A stretch of DNA of 62,723 nucleotides, the filler included, from Polymyxa betae A26-41 (lineage: Eukaryota; Protista; Endomyxa: Phytomyxea), in NCBI GenBank assembly GCA_003693705.1. It is 6 parts of 6 records of this genome, joined end to end, with 100 filler letters (N's around TTAATTAATTAA, not from the genome) between each part and the next. Parts side by side here need not be neighbours in the genome. Positions count along the whole stretch, not along the records: positions 1 to 15,666 come from RBZT01000262.1; positions 15,767 to 34,627 come from RBZT01000833.1; 4 more parts are not named here. One strand, written 5' to 3'. This document shows positions 12,975 through 28,237 of this stretch, piece by piece. Positions within the stretch are counted from its first letter, which is position 1, and every line of letters begins with the position of its first letter. The notes under the pieces were generated by a model. The model had not been told where the DNA came from. It ran no database searches and saw only the letters and a program-made list of their open reading frames with translations. The position numbers and the translations under genes are program-made.

Positions 12975-15384
12975 CAGTAACACCAATTCGAACGGCTCGA
13001 CTAGCGATGATTTTCAGTTATGCGGCTTGTCAGAGAGATCATTTGGAGAAAATGATTACTGTCAATATGCTTATCCTTGTTTTATATCACAAAGCAGATC
13101 GATGTTGCTGAATCCGAGGTTATGCATTTGGTTTTCATGTATTATCGGTCGGTCTTTTATAAGGGCGTTATGACATCTCCATCACAGCGTCACTTCGAAC
13201 TTATATTACAAGTCCTCTTTAGCATCGATTTGGTCGTTGAGTCGACTATCATGAATCAATTTGTACACGGCTGCTATCATCTTCAATATCAGGTTTCCAA
13301 AGCACACCGTTTCTCTCGATCACGAACTGCGATTTCCTGGCTAAAAGCGCTTGCTTTTGAGCTTGTTGCTTCGAATAAAAGATCGGTCGCGACAAAATAT
13401 TCCAGATCAGGTTCAGCAGCTGGTCTATTCAAAATAGCAGATTGAAATGATTCGCTGATATTGCCTGATTGGGCATAATCGGGAGCGGACATCGCTGACA
13501 CATTGTTGGAAGATTGCGATGAAATCCATGACAGCTGGTCTAGAAGCTGATCCTTCAGAATTTTGATCTTCAATTTTGTAAGCACGAAACGTCCTCGGGT
13601 TGATAATTTCTCCTCCCATAACCCCACAACCATTTGATCTGTATTAACGTCTTCCTTGCAGGGCATCACGAGTTCGTTGTGCATTAGTGCTCATTCTGTA
13701 TGTGGATCGAAAATTGGTAACCCAACCATGCAATCAAAAACGGTACCACCAAATGCCAGAATATTTGTTTTTCAATCAATTCTAGATATTACGACTTTCT
13801 AACTGGTTTTCGGGGACAGTCATTTGCTCGCCGCTCTAGATATGACACGAGCTCGCCTTGACTCTCTGTCCTTGCTTAAACGAAGCCGAACCTGACGAAA
13901 ACTCTCTTCTTTAAATGTATGAATTCCATTTGGACAGATTCCAACATGATTTTAATGTGGAAGTCTCCATCTTGCTGGTCATCGCTTGTCATCTGATTAT
14001 GTTTCTTTTGGATTTATTTTTTCCAAATCTGAGTGTTTTTCTCAAGATCTTATCATTGGTCATTCACGGCAGCTTCAAAAACAGTCAGCTACCTCTGGTG
14101 ACAGGTCATGTTTGCTTTGAATGTAGCAAGGTGCTGTTATGGCAGTCAGCAGCGTTTTCAGCATCACGCTCTTTTTTAGCTAGGGACATTATACAAGCCC
14201 GAAAGGTTTCTAATTGTTTAAGAAAAATTGTATTTGGTCGCTAAGCAACTTTTGCATCGCCAGTGTTTCTCTGGTTTGGCTCTCAAACGGTTCCATGCGG
14301 AATTTATCCCAATGCTCTACTGTTATCGGCCCTTCCGTAGCATGATTTATCCACTATCTTTGTTGGTCAATATGCACGTCCTTCTTCGGAAAAATTTCTT
14401 GAGCCATGGTGTGCTATCCTGCCCTTTTGAGATTGTAGATCTTCAAGAGCTGCTATGAATTTAAAGTCCTTCACCAGTGTTTCTTTATTTAAGTAACTCG
14501 TACGAACATACGGAATTGGTGTTTCCGCCAGAACCTTCAGAAGTAAAAAAACCTCGATGAGAACCATGATCAATTTCCTGAACTCGTACATCACCGCTCT
14601 TGGGATAAATCAGCCTCGGGCCTCTGCCAGGAATATTTCACGTGGATCAGAGTTTCCCTCGTGCAAAAGGAAAAACGCACAGCCAGCAGCTTCTACACCC
14701 GACATTGTAATCTGGAATGACGTTCTGCGTTCTGCAGATGCGCAAAAGTAAATTGATCAAACTTCGATAGCGTTTTCTGTAGAGAAGTTACAAAGGACCG
14801 ATTTATTTTCATGATTCATTTTCATCATGTACCAAAGATTCTCGAATACGATAGCTTTTCAGGTTTGCAATCGAAACGTTATTAGAGTAGAGAACATTTA
14901 AAGTTTGAGTTTGAGTTCCGGATTCATTCGATGCAGCAGTCACCTAGTCGAAGGATGGGGCCTCTCAAACTCAAACTCAATATTGTTGACAAAACGCAGC
15001 CCTTCCTTCAATAATCTCACACCGTTGAGTTTCACTTGTCACACAGCGTTGCAAGAGATCTGGTCAAGTACATCGAAAGTGCCCTCAGTCACAAAGACGA
15101 GACGAGAGCAAATCAGATCCATTATCAAACTGTTATTGATTTCGATGAAATATGGGAAGTTTGTATCGTGCCGGGTCGCCCTCTCTCGGTCGTTCCTGAA
15201 AATCAAACCTCTCATTAACAGCCCTTTCTGAACCTGATTTCTCTCAGCTACCAATGAACGTTGCATCATATTTCGTATCCACAGATAATGACAGCTGCAG
15301 CCCGCCCATGCCGTCTGGGCTGTTGGCATACCCAAACAGCTGTCACGACCTACACGTAACCCCCAGCTCGCAAGGAGGAAAAGC

Positions 15385-15500
15385 TCTGAGAAGTCAGTTC
15401 TGCTGTGCTGACGATATCCTTTTGCTTAAAGCATTGAATTTTTTTTGCACCATGGGAAAGCTGTAGTGGGAAAACAATGCAAGTTTGGAAAGAGATACGG
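15385..15500 (+). pseudogene. Fragment of a Myb/SANT-like ORF paralogous to 3156-3918
   Basis: RSQFCCADDILLLKALN..APWES..GKTMQVWK versus RKQFNCGDDILLLEACN..APWES..GNVMAVWK. Confidence 0.65.
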
Positions 15501-15666
15501 TAGCTCATCGGCTCATGAAAGAGAATTGATGCTCGAAACATCAACAGTCGCATGACTGCTGACACCAATGCGCTGTCGAAGTCAGATCCAAGATCAAGAA
15601 GGCCGAGGCTGTCGAGTCGTCCGGGGATCACGACTCATCAGTGTTGAAGCCTACTGAGGCAAATAA

Positions 15667-15766
15667 NNNNNNNNNNNNNNNNNNNNNNNNNNNNNNNNNN
15701 NNNNNNNNNNTTAATTAATTAANNNNNNNNNNNNNNNNNNNNNNNNNNNNNNNNNNNNNNNNNNNN
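15667..15766. other. Artificial contig spacer
   Basis: N44-TTAATTAATTAA-N44, stops in all six frames. Confidence 0.98.
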
Positions 15767-15932
15767 TGGTCATAAGACTTGTTATAATGGATATTCCATA
15801 TCCACTCCAAGGAGGCCCTATACACTGTACTGGGAAAACTTAAGTCATCGTAGAAAACTGGGGCCTTCACGTTTGATATTGCCCTGGAAGGCGGTGTCGT
15901 CTGTCAAGCGTCAGATGCATTGCCATCGTGNN

Positions 15933-16087
15933 TATGACGTCATATGACGTCATATGACGACGTCTTATATTTGACACATCCATAAGATGGGGTCAGATGA
16001 CGCTTCATATGACGTCATATGACGACGAATTAAATTTGACACATTCATACTATGGGGTCAGCCGTCACCCCATCGGACTTAGGTGTG
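15933..16087. repeat. Palindromic ATGACGTCAT units within a ~65-bp tandem duplication; probable transposon subterminal region
   Basis: tatgacgtcatatgacgacg...atttgacacat...atggggtcag occurs twice. Confidence 0.7.
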
Positions 16088-16185
16088 TGCTAAAGGGTGT
16101 CAAACAATCTTATCATCTCATTCCCATATCGGACAGATTTGGAAGTCTGTAAGGGCGAATTGTTGCTGCGGCCCAAGCCCAAGCC

Positions 16186-17477
16186 ATGGATCGAGACCAA
16201 GACAGTCGTCTGCCGCCATTACCCACTAAATCGGTGTTCAAAATCTTCGGGTTTTTGCTTCTGCAGATAGCTCTGGTTCCACTACAGCGCATGTTTGGTA
16301 TTAAGGTCTCGAATTAACTAGGACCGTGAGTTCTATCTGAATCCTGTTCAGTCTATCGAAGGCTGGAACTGCACAACCCAAATCTTCGTAAACTACCTTC
16401 GCTATAGTGTGGAGAACGAGCTTCATAGTGCTAGAGAAGCTGAACAGTTCATCAGCTGGTTCTTAAATCTGGGCGTCAAAGACTACTTGATTCGGCTGGA
16501 GTCGGAAGATTTTCATGGACATTATATCGATAGTGATCCTACACCTGATGATGCTGCTATCTTGCTTTATTTCCACGGTCGATGCTGCCACTGGCGTTCC
16601 ATCATAATTTGATGAATTGCAGGAGGAGGTTATAGCCTTTGTACAATTGAAACCTACTTGTCGGGCCTTCTGGACATTCGCAAAGCATTTAAGACCACGT
16701 TTAAGCGGGATCTATGTATCTTTGGCTTGGATTATACTCTATCTCCAGAAGTGAAGGTTATTCATCGATTCTGACAATCACCTGTTTAAGCGGCTTCAGT
16801 ATCCGGCGCAAATTGACGAAGCTGTAGCTGCCTACACGTACATGCGGGAGAGATACCCCAATTATCCGCTGATTGTGATGGGAGGTAGATTCATCACTGT
16901 TGCTTGATCATCCCCATCGATGCTTAAAGCCATTTGACAGATTCAGCAGGAGGAAATCTAGTACTTGCACTTCTTTTGAAGTTAAAGCAAAGTAAGTAGG
17001 TTCCATCTTAGCCAAAACTTCCGACCAAACCGAGACCGTTTAGGCAAAATCCAACAACCAGATGGAGCCATAGTAATTTCACCCTGGGTTAAGATGGTGT
17101 CAGAACTAGAACAGGCTCATCGAGCGAGAGATTCGGACAGGGATTTCGTCTCATCTTCTCAGTTAGTGCATCATACGCACAGGTATCTGTCTGAGCCTGT
17201 TACTGCTGATTCAGTCAAAAACCCTCTGGTGTCTCCGATTTTCGGTGACTTTTCCGACACCTGCCCGATTTTCGTTCATTATGGTGCCTACGAGTGGATG
17301 GTGCCTGAAATTGAGGAATTGATAGCAAACCTTCGTGCTCAAAACGTGGATTTGAATGTCGTGAAAGAGCGCCATGCTCCGCATATAACTCCCCTCGGGG
17401 CACAAATCTTCGGTGATATGGGCATGAGAGGAGTCAACGCTATCGCTCAATATATAGCCAGAAAGTCGATGAATTGA
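16186..17477 (+). CDS. HSL-family alpha/beta hydrolase (Abhydrolase_3; esterase/steryl acetyl hydrolase-like), multi-exon
   Basis: Spliced motifs YFHGGGY, LDYTLSPE, YPAQIDEA, MGDSAGGNL, ISPWV, NPLVSPIFGD; short GT-AG introns. Confidence 0.88.
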
Positions 17478-17717
17478 GTTCCATTGCAAATCCATCAAAG
17501 CGTTTGTTTCGTCATCAATGAACATTACGATAAAAGGTGCCGCCCGTCCCCATAAACCACTTGTTTTTCAGTGATTTCTGTGAAGACCTACCTATAGAGG
17601 GCGTGCAATAGTTATTATAGGATGGACATGAATCTGCAGGACAGCTAAATGATCTGAGCAAGCAGCAAAGTTCGGTATGCGACTGGCTAACGCATTCAAC
17701 AGCATTGCGGTAGACAC

Positions 17718-18657
17718 ATGAAAGTCCCGTCTCTGATCGTATCCATTTTCGTTTGGTACAAATTATCCGTCATCATGAACCTTGGTAACGTACGATTTCC
17801 AGGAGTAGGCCGTTAAGGCGACGATTATGTTCCCTACAGCGAATCGTCGCCTTTGCTTGCCTTTGGCCGTTGTTTATACCTGGAAAAGCCGCGATAGGCT
17901 TGAACATATTTTTCACCAACAAATTATCTCACGGTCCTTCGCCACCTGATTTCCCGGGCCAGCCGTTCACTAATCCAATGCAAGGCGAAATGCAATCAGC
18001 GGCATGGTCATCTCGGACATCGCTTGACGCATTGCAAGTAGTAATGTTCTATTGAAACCAATCTACTATATCATTTTTGGGGGGATGACTAACAGATCAT
18101 CGTCATTGATCTGCATGTACCGCAAGCTATTTATGAGCCATCTCCCATCAGCAGCGGCATCCGTACAATTCGTTGTTGACAACTACAAACGTTGAATTTT
18201 TCAAATACCCAGGACGATATCGACCAACTCTACTGCCTTTTATCAAGCTCCATCTATTGTGGAACTTCACTCCCATCGTGCTTTCTATGTTAGCATTCAG
18301 AGTGGTTGGCGAATGCCTGGTCCACGAACTGAACGAAGATTGGTTCCCGATTTAGATCACATTACCTGCTGACGACTATATCGCCAACTTTTCCCATGAT
18401 TATGCCGATGTTTTTCTATTGAACATAATGGTCGTGCTACTGCTATGTTTCATGATGTGAGTAAGTAGTCCTCAGTCCCAAACATTCTTGTTTGCCCTCT
18501 GAACTGCCTCCAAGCCAGTTCATTAAATGTGACCCATCTTTCCCTTCCCTATGTGCATCGTTGTAGGTTGCCTGGTGATTTCGATGGCCCTCTTTCTGAC
18601 TGCATTCTGCGGATGCGACCTATCAAAAATCGAAACATTGCACTTCAGAAATAAGTA
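17718..18657 (+). CDS. Putative multi-exon membrane protein of unknown function
   Basis: Hydrophobic N-terminus MKVPSLIVSIFVW, GT-AG intron signals, hydrophobic C-terminal segments; exon structure not resolved. Confidence 0.35.
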
Positions 18658-19304
18658 ATTAGAACGCTCGCCTACGAAATACCAACGTCAGTACCAGAAA
18701 GACGAAGACAATCATATCGAGTTCCTGAAATTGCTCGATTCTACCATCTTGAAGCCACTCTGTTTGATCAGATATAATACTTCTCTTACTAACATCAATG
18801 AAAAAACAACCCTACCGCAGCATTTAAAGCACGAGCCAATAAAGTGGTTGGTAGTTTGCATAAAAGTTCAATTCGTTCTCAGAATTCTGCATCTGATAGG
18901 TCGAGTTGCAAGCCTGAATCTGTTGGTTTCAGAAATCGATTAATGAGGCAGTGAGACTCCGAACATCGTGCATGCGATGGCACAATTTCAGAATAGAGAT
19001 CGTGGCCATCGGCGATGATTGGATGCAGTATAAGCCTGACATAATCAGGCTGAAACCTTCAAGGAAGACCCAATCTCACCAAAATTAATATCTTTCTATA
19101 CACAACTTCAATAAGCAAATGCGAGTAATGCGATAATCACGTGAACAGATAAGCATGTCCAATTTGCAGCGTTTGTCCATTAAGCGTTCAACGATTTAGG
19201 GCGGCTGTCCATCCCAGACCGCCTCACATCGCTTTCCAGGGCTTGTACAATTGATTGCAAACGAGACCGCTGCAAAGAGTGTGATGATATTCTCGTATGA
19301 CGTT

Positions 19305-19779
19305 TTATTCGTCGATCATATTATCTGGTTTGTCCAATTTCTCAATCTCTTTCCGCATCTCAGCAATATGAGCCTGTTTACGAGATTCAGCAAGCAATCA
19401 TCATAACACGAAACTATCGCTTACCTCGGATTTGCTGACAGTCTTTCGAACGATTCGATTTGTGAGAGTCTTACAGAGATCCTTTCTTCGCTGCCTGACG
19501 ACCGTCTGTTTGTGCTGAGAGACGAGCTTCAATCCAGTTCCAGCACTATCCGCCTTCTCGACGACCATCGCCTCGATATTTCTGTTAATTGCCGACGTCA
19601 GCACATCCTTCCGATGCTTCTTGTTTTTCGATGGAGCTTGACAAAGAATTCAGGACAGTATCGCAGCCGGAATGACGATTCAGGTTACCAGATTTTCGCT
19701 TGGAGATGGCGGGATTCGGGCCGCTCTTGCATTTCTTAGCGAGAATGTTCACAGACTTGGGTTTGCTCCCTTGCGCCAT
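19305..19779 (-). CDS. DUF2462/UPF0390 (C19orf53-like) small basic protein, 2 introns
   Basis: MAQGSKPK start, Lys-rich, 'LTSAINRNIEAMVVEKA...LKLV'. Confidence 0.6.
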
Positions 19780-20510
19780 TCGTCAAGATAATGCCAAAAA
19801 ATTTGCACAAGACAGAACTCCAAATTTTCGGGTCACGCAAAAGCCCAAATTCTGAACAGATTTAAAAAATCACAAGTTTCTGTGATATCATTTATTATAA
19901 ATCACTGTTAAATACGTCTTTTTCTATTAATGCCACGCTGGACTTCTTCGTGCATTCCTTTTTAAAAAACGCAATGTGATTGGCGAATCCAATTCTCAAG
20001 ACTCTTCGATTTCCCAAAAAAGATCACAGAAGGCATCTCCAGCGCTGCATTGCGGGTTGAATCGTCACTGTTAGCCAAGCTGACAGCCTCATAGCAACAA
20101 GATGGGACTTGACGTGCGAGGACAGCGATATTCCATGAGGCAGCTCAGCTCAAAGAAGTGATGGAAATTGCGTATGGAAATTGGACCCGAGTCACAAATT
20201 TCTTCAAGCAAATCGCTAGTAACAAGTCCTGCACTTTACTCAACATTGTACTGAGAACTGGTGGGGTGGTGGTGTCCTGGGGTCTCTATCTTATACACAC
20301 TCGTCATTCGTCTCTCTCTCTGTCATTTGTTGATTGGATCGAGATCGATCAAATGATCTCGGCCAAATCGCATCGGGTCCGCTTCGTTAGCCGTCACACA
20401 GGTACCCAACAGCATCTCATCCGCGTTTACTAGGCTCGAGCACGCCGACTGCATGGACCGCCCCGACCAACTATAGAAAGGTTTGTGGGTGTTGGATTCG
20501 GGCGTCGCCG

Positions 20511-22632
<2,122 letters not shown>

Positions 22633-22762
22633 AAGGCATTGGGCGTTAATGTTATATCTACGGGTCTTTGCTTATTCGTATACAGCTTTATGCTGTTGTC
22701 ACTTTAACCACCGGAAGTATCAAATAAAATATAGGATCGTGGGAAACTGTCTCCTGTATTTG

Positions 22763-23789
22763 TTATTGTTTTGAAAGTCGAAGTTTAATCTCAGCGATGG
22801 CTTTCGCTGGATTAAGATGCTTCGGGCACGTATTCGTGCAGTTCATGATCTAAAAAATGTTGTTCAAAACAGAGAAACAAAACCCAGATCACGCTTTCTT
22901 ACAGTTTTGCAGCGATACAGCTTGAACGGGTCATCTAACGCTTTCAAACGCTCGGCCGTGTATTCATCTCGAGAATCGGAGATCCAGCGATACGCCTGGT
23001 GTTTTTAGTATTCTGAGATCGTTTAGCTTCAATTCATCCAACCTGAAGCAGCGCTGCAGGACCGAGATATTTGTCTGGATTCCACCAGTATGAAGGGCAA
23101 GAAGTCGAACAGCATGCACACAAAATACATTCATAGAGACCGTCCAACATTTTTCTTCACAATAACCAATTTCAGTGATATTCAAAACTATGGAAACAGG
23201 GCTGTACCTGTCGTGTTTGGATTGCCGGAGCTCTGCCGGTGCGTTTGGGTTCTTGGATTTCCTTTTCAGGAAAGGTTCAATAGCGTTATACTGCTTATAG
23301 AACCCGCTGAGATCGGGCACCAGATCTTTAACTACGGGCATATGGGGCAATGGCCGGATGACCATCGGCTGATCTCCATCCGTAATAGGGCATAAACAAG
23401 CAAGAGTATTGGAGCCATCTACCAGAATGAGTTAATAGAAGACAGAGAGCAGAGCCAGCAGTTTTCATACTGATGTTCATAGCACAGGAGCCACAAATGC
23501 CTTCACGACATGAACGTCGAAACGTCACGGTGCTATCTTGCTCGTTTTTAACTTTGATCAAAGCGTCGAGGACCATGGGACCGCAATCCTTGCGATCAAC
23601 CCGAAATTCCTCAAGTTTCGGTTCCCCACCAGTATCCGGGCTCCATCGATAGATCTGGAAAGGCTTCCCGGTGCCGGGAGTGATCGGCTTCCCGGTCGCC
23701 GCCTCCTTGATGGGGTCGATGCTAGCGCTCGGTGCCGGCTTTACCTTATGCCATCGAAGAGATTGGCGACCGAGCCGCGATAACATCAT
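22763..23789 (-). CDS. SDH2: Mitochondrial succinate dehydrogenase iron-sulfur subunit, multi-exon
   Basis: [70 protein letters not shown]; presequence-like N-terminus. Confidence 0.97.
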
Positions 23790-24077
23790 GATGGAGTTTC
23801 CAGCCGCGAACTTAAAGTAAGAGGTCACAGTGTACTCTTCACGGTGTATAGGTAACGTTTCTCATAGATGCAACGTAAATTTGTTGAAATGATCTTCATA
23901 AAATAAATTAAACTGGTATCTGGAGCTGGTTGGGGATCTGTCAGTCTGTGTGTAGATTACCAGATAGATTGTCGTCGGGTTCTCGTGTAGTGATACTCAT
24001 GAAATGGGTGACTGATTGTATGGTAGTTTTATCGAGACAGTGCAATGCAGTTTGCTGATGATGGTTTTGGACAATAT

Positions 24078-24856
24078 TCATTGTGCTAGGGCGTCGATAA
24101 TTTCTCGGAAGTCTTCAACATACCAGTCGCTGGAAGTCGCGACGATCTCCCTTCTCTGTACGCCTCCAAATCCGATGAAAGCGCACGCTGAAGGTCTGGC
24201 TTCTAGATCGGTCACGCCGTCTCCAATTACAATCACATTCTATTCGAAGTTCAGACTGACAGTAGCAAACCCAACACCCTCCGACCTTATAATTATATCG
24301 TTTCTTGATAATATCAATGGACGTTCGCTTGCCCCCAGTGCATGACGTAGGCTCTGATGGATCGAAGGTGTCATAGTTCCCGTTCTTGTCGAAATAAAGC
24401 TTGTTAGCGAATACATGGTCATCAGGAATATTTAAGGCTTTAGCAACAGGTGCAATCATATCTCGGAAGCCACCTGATATCAGGAATATATCCTTCCCTT
24501 GCTTTTGCAATCGCTGGGCAAGCTCTACGATTCCAGGCACTAATTGAACTGGAAATGATGCCACGCTTTTGAATTGTTCCTGTGTCGGGTTGATTAATTG
24601 CAATCTTTGCTGAAGGGCATCCTAATAATTCGGATTTCAAGGGGATTGTTTAGATGGATAATGAATCGCTAACCTGGAAGAGAACTTCACCCTGCATGGC
24701 GGCTTGAGTTAATCGCTTCACTTCATTGAGTTTACCGCAGTGCTCGGCAAGACGATCGATTCCCTCATGGTCTTGTACTGTACTATCGACATCGAACGCC
24801 ACCGCATCGGCTTGCCGAATCAGATCGATAGTCTTTTCCTTGCCCAATAAGTTCAT
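24078..24856 (-). CDS. PSPH: Phosphoserine phosphatase (HAD family), 2 introns
   Basis: AVAFDVDST, EGIDRLA, LISGGF, VIGDGVTDLEA, FIGFGG. Confidence 0.93.
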
Positions 24857-25007
24857 CTTTTAGTGCGAGGATTACGAACTAACTTACAAGTTTGTCTCCA
24901 AAACTATGCTTGCAATGAACCAATAATTGAGCAACGCTATCGAACAGAAAACATCGTTTGAAATTCCAGAATGGTGGAGACATTCACAGCAGGGATAGGG
25001 TGATATT

Positions 25008-26594
25008 TTATTCGGTTTTCTTCTTTTTGGTTTTGAAAGAGAATAGCTTAATTCGAGAGTACACCACGCTAAACATGAAAAACAAAAAGAATCCAGTGAA
25101 CAGCAACAAGGGCTCACGAAGCAATGAGTAATGGTCGAAGCTATATGTGACCTGGAAAGCTTTGCCATGATATCCACTAACGACACTAAATGATAGTTGA
25201 GATATTGGTCTGATTATGGCAAGCACTTGACTTACTTCTTCTTGCGAAGTTCCAGCATTGGACGCCCGATTGTATCCAAATATGTTCGTCGGAAGCCACG
25301 CTCTTCGGCGACGTCAATGAATGGAGCTTCCCACTTTATATTCGTGGATCCTATTATATTCTTAGATTTCAGATTTGCAAACTTCATTATGACGACCACC
25401 TTCCGGTAAAATTACTCTAACGATCATCTCGTCAACAACGAGAAAGTCGAGATTCGTGCCAAAGGGCATATTCAAGACATAATGCTTCTTGCCACTCAGA
25501 GATTTGACATTGTACAAAGCGAACACCGATGGGATGTTAAAGCCGAAATAGAAATCAGTTGTCCATCCTCCCATAATGGGGAATCTTGTGGCCATCTCAA
25601 AATGCACCTATCGGTAGCTTAATCGGACGCGGTTCAACCAAGCTTGTGCCAAACCTCATCCTTCATTGGACGAACGCGAGAAGTGGAGACATTCCCAATA
25701 GAGTCGCGATAATACAAATCTTGAGCATGAGGTGGAAGATGTGCAACTAACCATTGGAAGATCCCAGACGTACTAACTTGGCCTGAGTCGTAATCCAGAC
25801 GTGAATATTCGCCTTTCAAAAGAGGCCCGTCGTTTCTGATCAAATAATGCTCTTCAACAGCAACATTGCCCCAATGAGACACCTAGATGAAATTAGCAGG
25901 CAGCCCTCAATGACAGCAGTTAATTTACTTCAATTTCTTTGATAAGCTTAGTTACAGTGGCGAACGCTTTGTCGTGCATAAAATGGATCTTAACTGGAAT
26001 TGTTGATAGAGCAGAAATGTTTTCGAACGGTCCATATTCGATATTGTCTTTGACCTGTCTTCCAGGTTCTGAGAAAGAAAGAACGTTTCGCGTCCCAAGT
26101 CGGAATGTCGTTGTTTGTTTGTCGGTTGGATAAGGGGATAAAAGAACCGCCGAATTCTCAGTCACCACATAAGGTAGAGTGCCTTGAGTAATGGCTTTAG
26201 GTAGCGGCTCACAAACATGAATGAAAACCAATTGAACACGAAATTTCAAGGCATTGCCTGGAGCTAAAGGTTTCGGAAATGCTACATCGACGAATTTGTA
26301 GCCATCGTCAGACGACAAGACGCCAGAACAAGCTGATTCGAAAGCAATATTGTTGACAATGAGCGTGCATTCTGCCAGACGAGAAGCATCCATATCAGAT
26401 AACGTCAGGCGATAGCTTTTGGCGGTCGTATCACCGTCATTAACGACATGAACACCAATCTTCTGGACGGCTTCGTTCGACATCAGCGATACCTTGCGAA
26501 TCACTTTGACATTTCGCAGATCGGGAAGCGGCGCCTGGTCCGCCCATACGCCGGCCGCTATAGCAACGACCAGAACGTACTGAGCCCAGCTCAT
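25008..26594 (-). CDS. RPN1: Ribophorin I / oligosaccharyltransferase subunit 1, multi-exon
   Basis: Signal peptide, YGPFENI, EVSHWGNVAVEE, YYRDSIGNVSTS, RFPIMGGW, YLDTIGRP, LLREPLL followed by a TM helix. Confidence 0.95.
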
Positions 26595-26822
26595 TACGAC
26601 GAATGAGAAAAACACTCTGGAAAGGTTAATGCCGTTATGAGGCAGACGACTGTGCTAAGTCCAGGGATCTTCGTTACCGCATCTTTTTCCTCAATTGTCT
26701 TAAAGCAGCATTTCTAATTAGATTTTGAATGGGACGATAGATGTGACAATGTAGAACTATCACACCGGATTGTCAGGTAGCGGCCGAAGAAGCTTTGTTC
26801 CGCCCGAACTGCTGATATCGCC

Positions 26823-27570
26823 ATGGCGAACCTAAGACGGGGGTGGCCAGCAGGTCAATAAGCACCTCAGTGACTTTTCAATCAACTTTTCATGATAGCG
26901 ATGTTTGTATTAGCAAGAGGTCGCAAGCTGACAAGCATTCGAACACTTTTTGGCAATCGCTACCGAGTGAGTGATATTAATCGTATCGGAAGGGATTAAT
27001 CGAAGCAATCGGTAGCGGCAGAGTCAGATTGCGATTCAATGCCTTTAGATGACGTCTATCATGTAAATCAGATCTGCCAATCTGTATCTGAACAAGATGG
27101 CTATTGGATTGTAGCATTATCTTGGATCCTCAAAGAGCCGCAATTACGAGGTCGCATTGAGAAGGAATTGGGCGCCATATCCAGCGCCGATATCGATCAA
27201 TCCTGGCGTGGATTACTACCCGATCTTGACAGCATCATTGCATTTTGCAGTGATTGTTGTGATGAGGCCGCTACCCTCAATCAAAATATAATCAGCATGA
27301 ATGGCGACATTCAGGAATCGGGACTGCGCCTTCTGGAAGCCGTAATCGATTTCCGTTTCTTTCTTAAAACCCCCCTAAATTGGCTAACCTCAGGCGAAAC
27401 GTCTTCAATTGCTTTGTCAACAACGTCAGACATTGAGGAGGGCTTGCAAGTTGCTGAATCGTCGCATTTGCGACCTCGATGATGCACAGAATCCACCAGC
27501 AGCGTAAAACTAAGACTGCGATCGTCATAATTACGTTCAGATGATGAACTGTTAACTGGGAGCGTTTAAT
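26823..27570 (+). CDS. Hypothetical protein, multi-exon
   Basis: 147-aa exon 27039-27482 with flanking GT-AG introns, inside the gene-dense island. Confidence 0.4.
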
Positions 27571-27603
27571 ATAACGTCGTGCCGATAAAGTTCAAATACA
27601 ATT

Positions 27604-28237
27604 TCAATCGCCTTCATCTGAAGTTCGAGCTTCGGATTCATCGTCGTTCGAGTACTTCTTCTTACTGCGATTGGCCTGCTTCTGTTTTCGCCTCCGAATC
27701 CTCTCAACAGCACGGCTAGCTTTGCTTTCTTCGCCTACAACGGGTGTTAGCTAGGTCTACAAAATTCGATGACGAAAATAGGACCATTGATAGCTGAGTC
27801 CAATTTCTCAATCAACCTCTTTCGTGCTATAGACCTATTCTGTTGCAAGGACCGTGTTTCCTACAAAATTCAAAATTGTTTCTCGAAACCCACAAGCAAG
27901 AAGTCCACCTGGCATTTGATAATGATCCCGGTTGGCTAAAACAATTCAGTGAGCAATATGACCAGCAAAATGTGAGCATCACCTTGTGTAGAATTTGCAC
28001 ACAATTGCTGGTTTTATTAATCTTGAAACAGAGTGTCAGATGCAAATAGTTTAACAATATCGGTGCCCGACATTTGACCTTTTGTCCTCCATTGCCTCCG
28101 CCACGAATAAACGATTCCTCCAGATCGGTTTCTTGGAACAGCGGGCTCCTGGGCAGCGAGATCCATCTGCTAGCGATGGCATTGGAGCAGCTGAGAACTG
28201 GCTTCGAAATGGCGCCAAGACGATGTATTAGTGACAT
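27604..28237 (-). CDS. Mitochondrial peptidyl-tRNA hydrolase/release factor homologue (C12orf65/mtRF-R-like, RF-1 GGQ domain), multi-exon
   Basis: DLEESFIRGGGNGGQK|INKTSNCVQILHK, then a basic tail RIRRRKQKQANRSKKKY. Confidence 0.88.

Noticed and set aside
12983-14760. Minus-strand ORF fragments
   Set aside because: Looks like decayed coding sequence but no family could be supported
15667-15766. Recurrent TTAATTAATTAA motif as a biological site
   Set aside because: Identical N-padded artificial linker at five places; adjacency across it is not evidence of linkage
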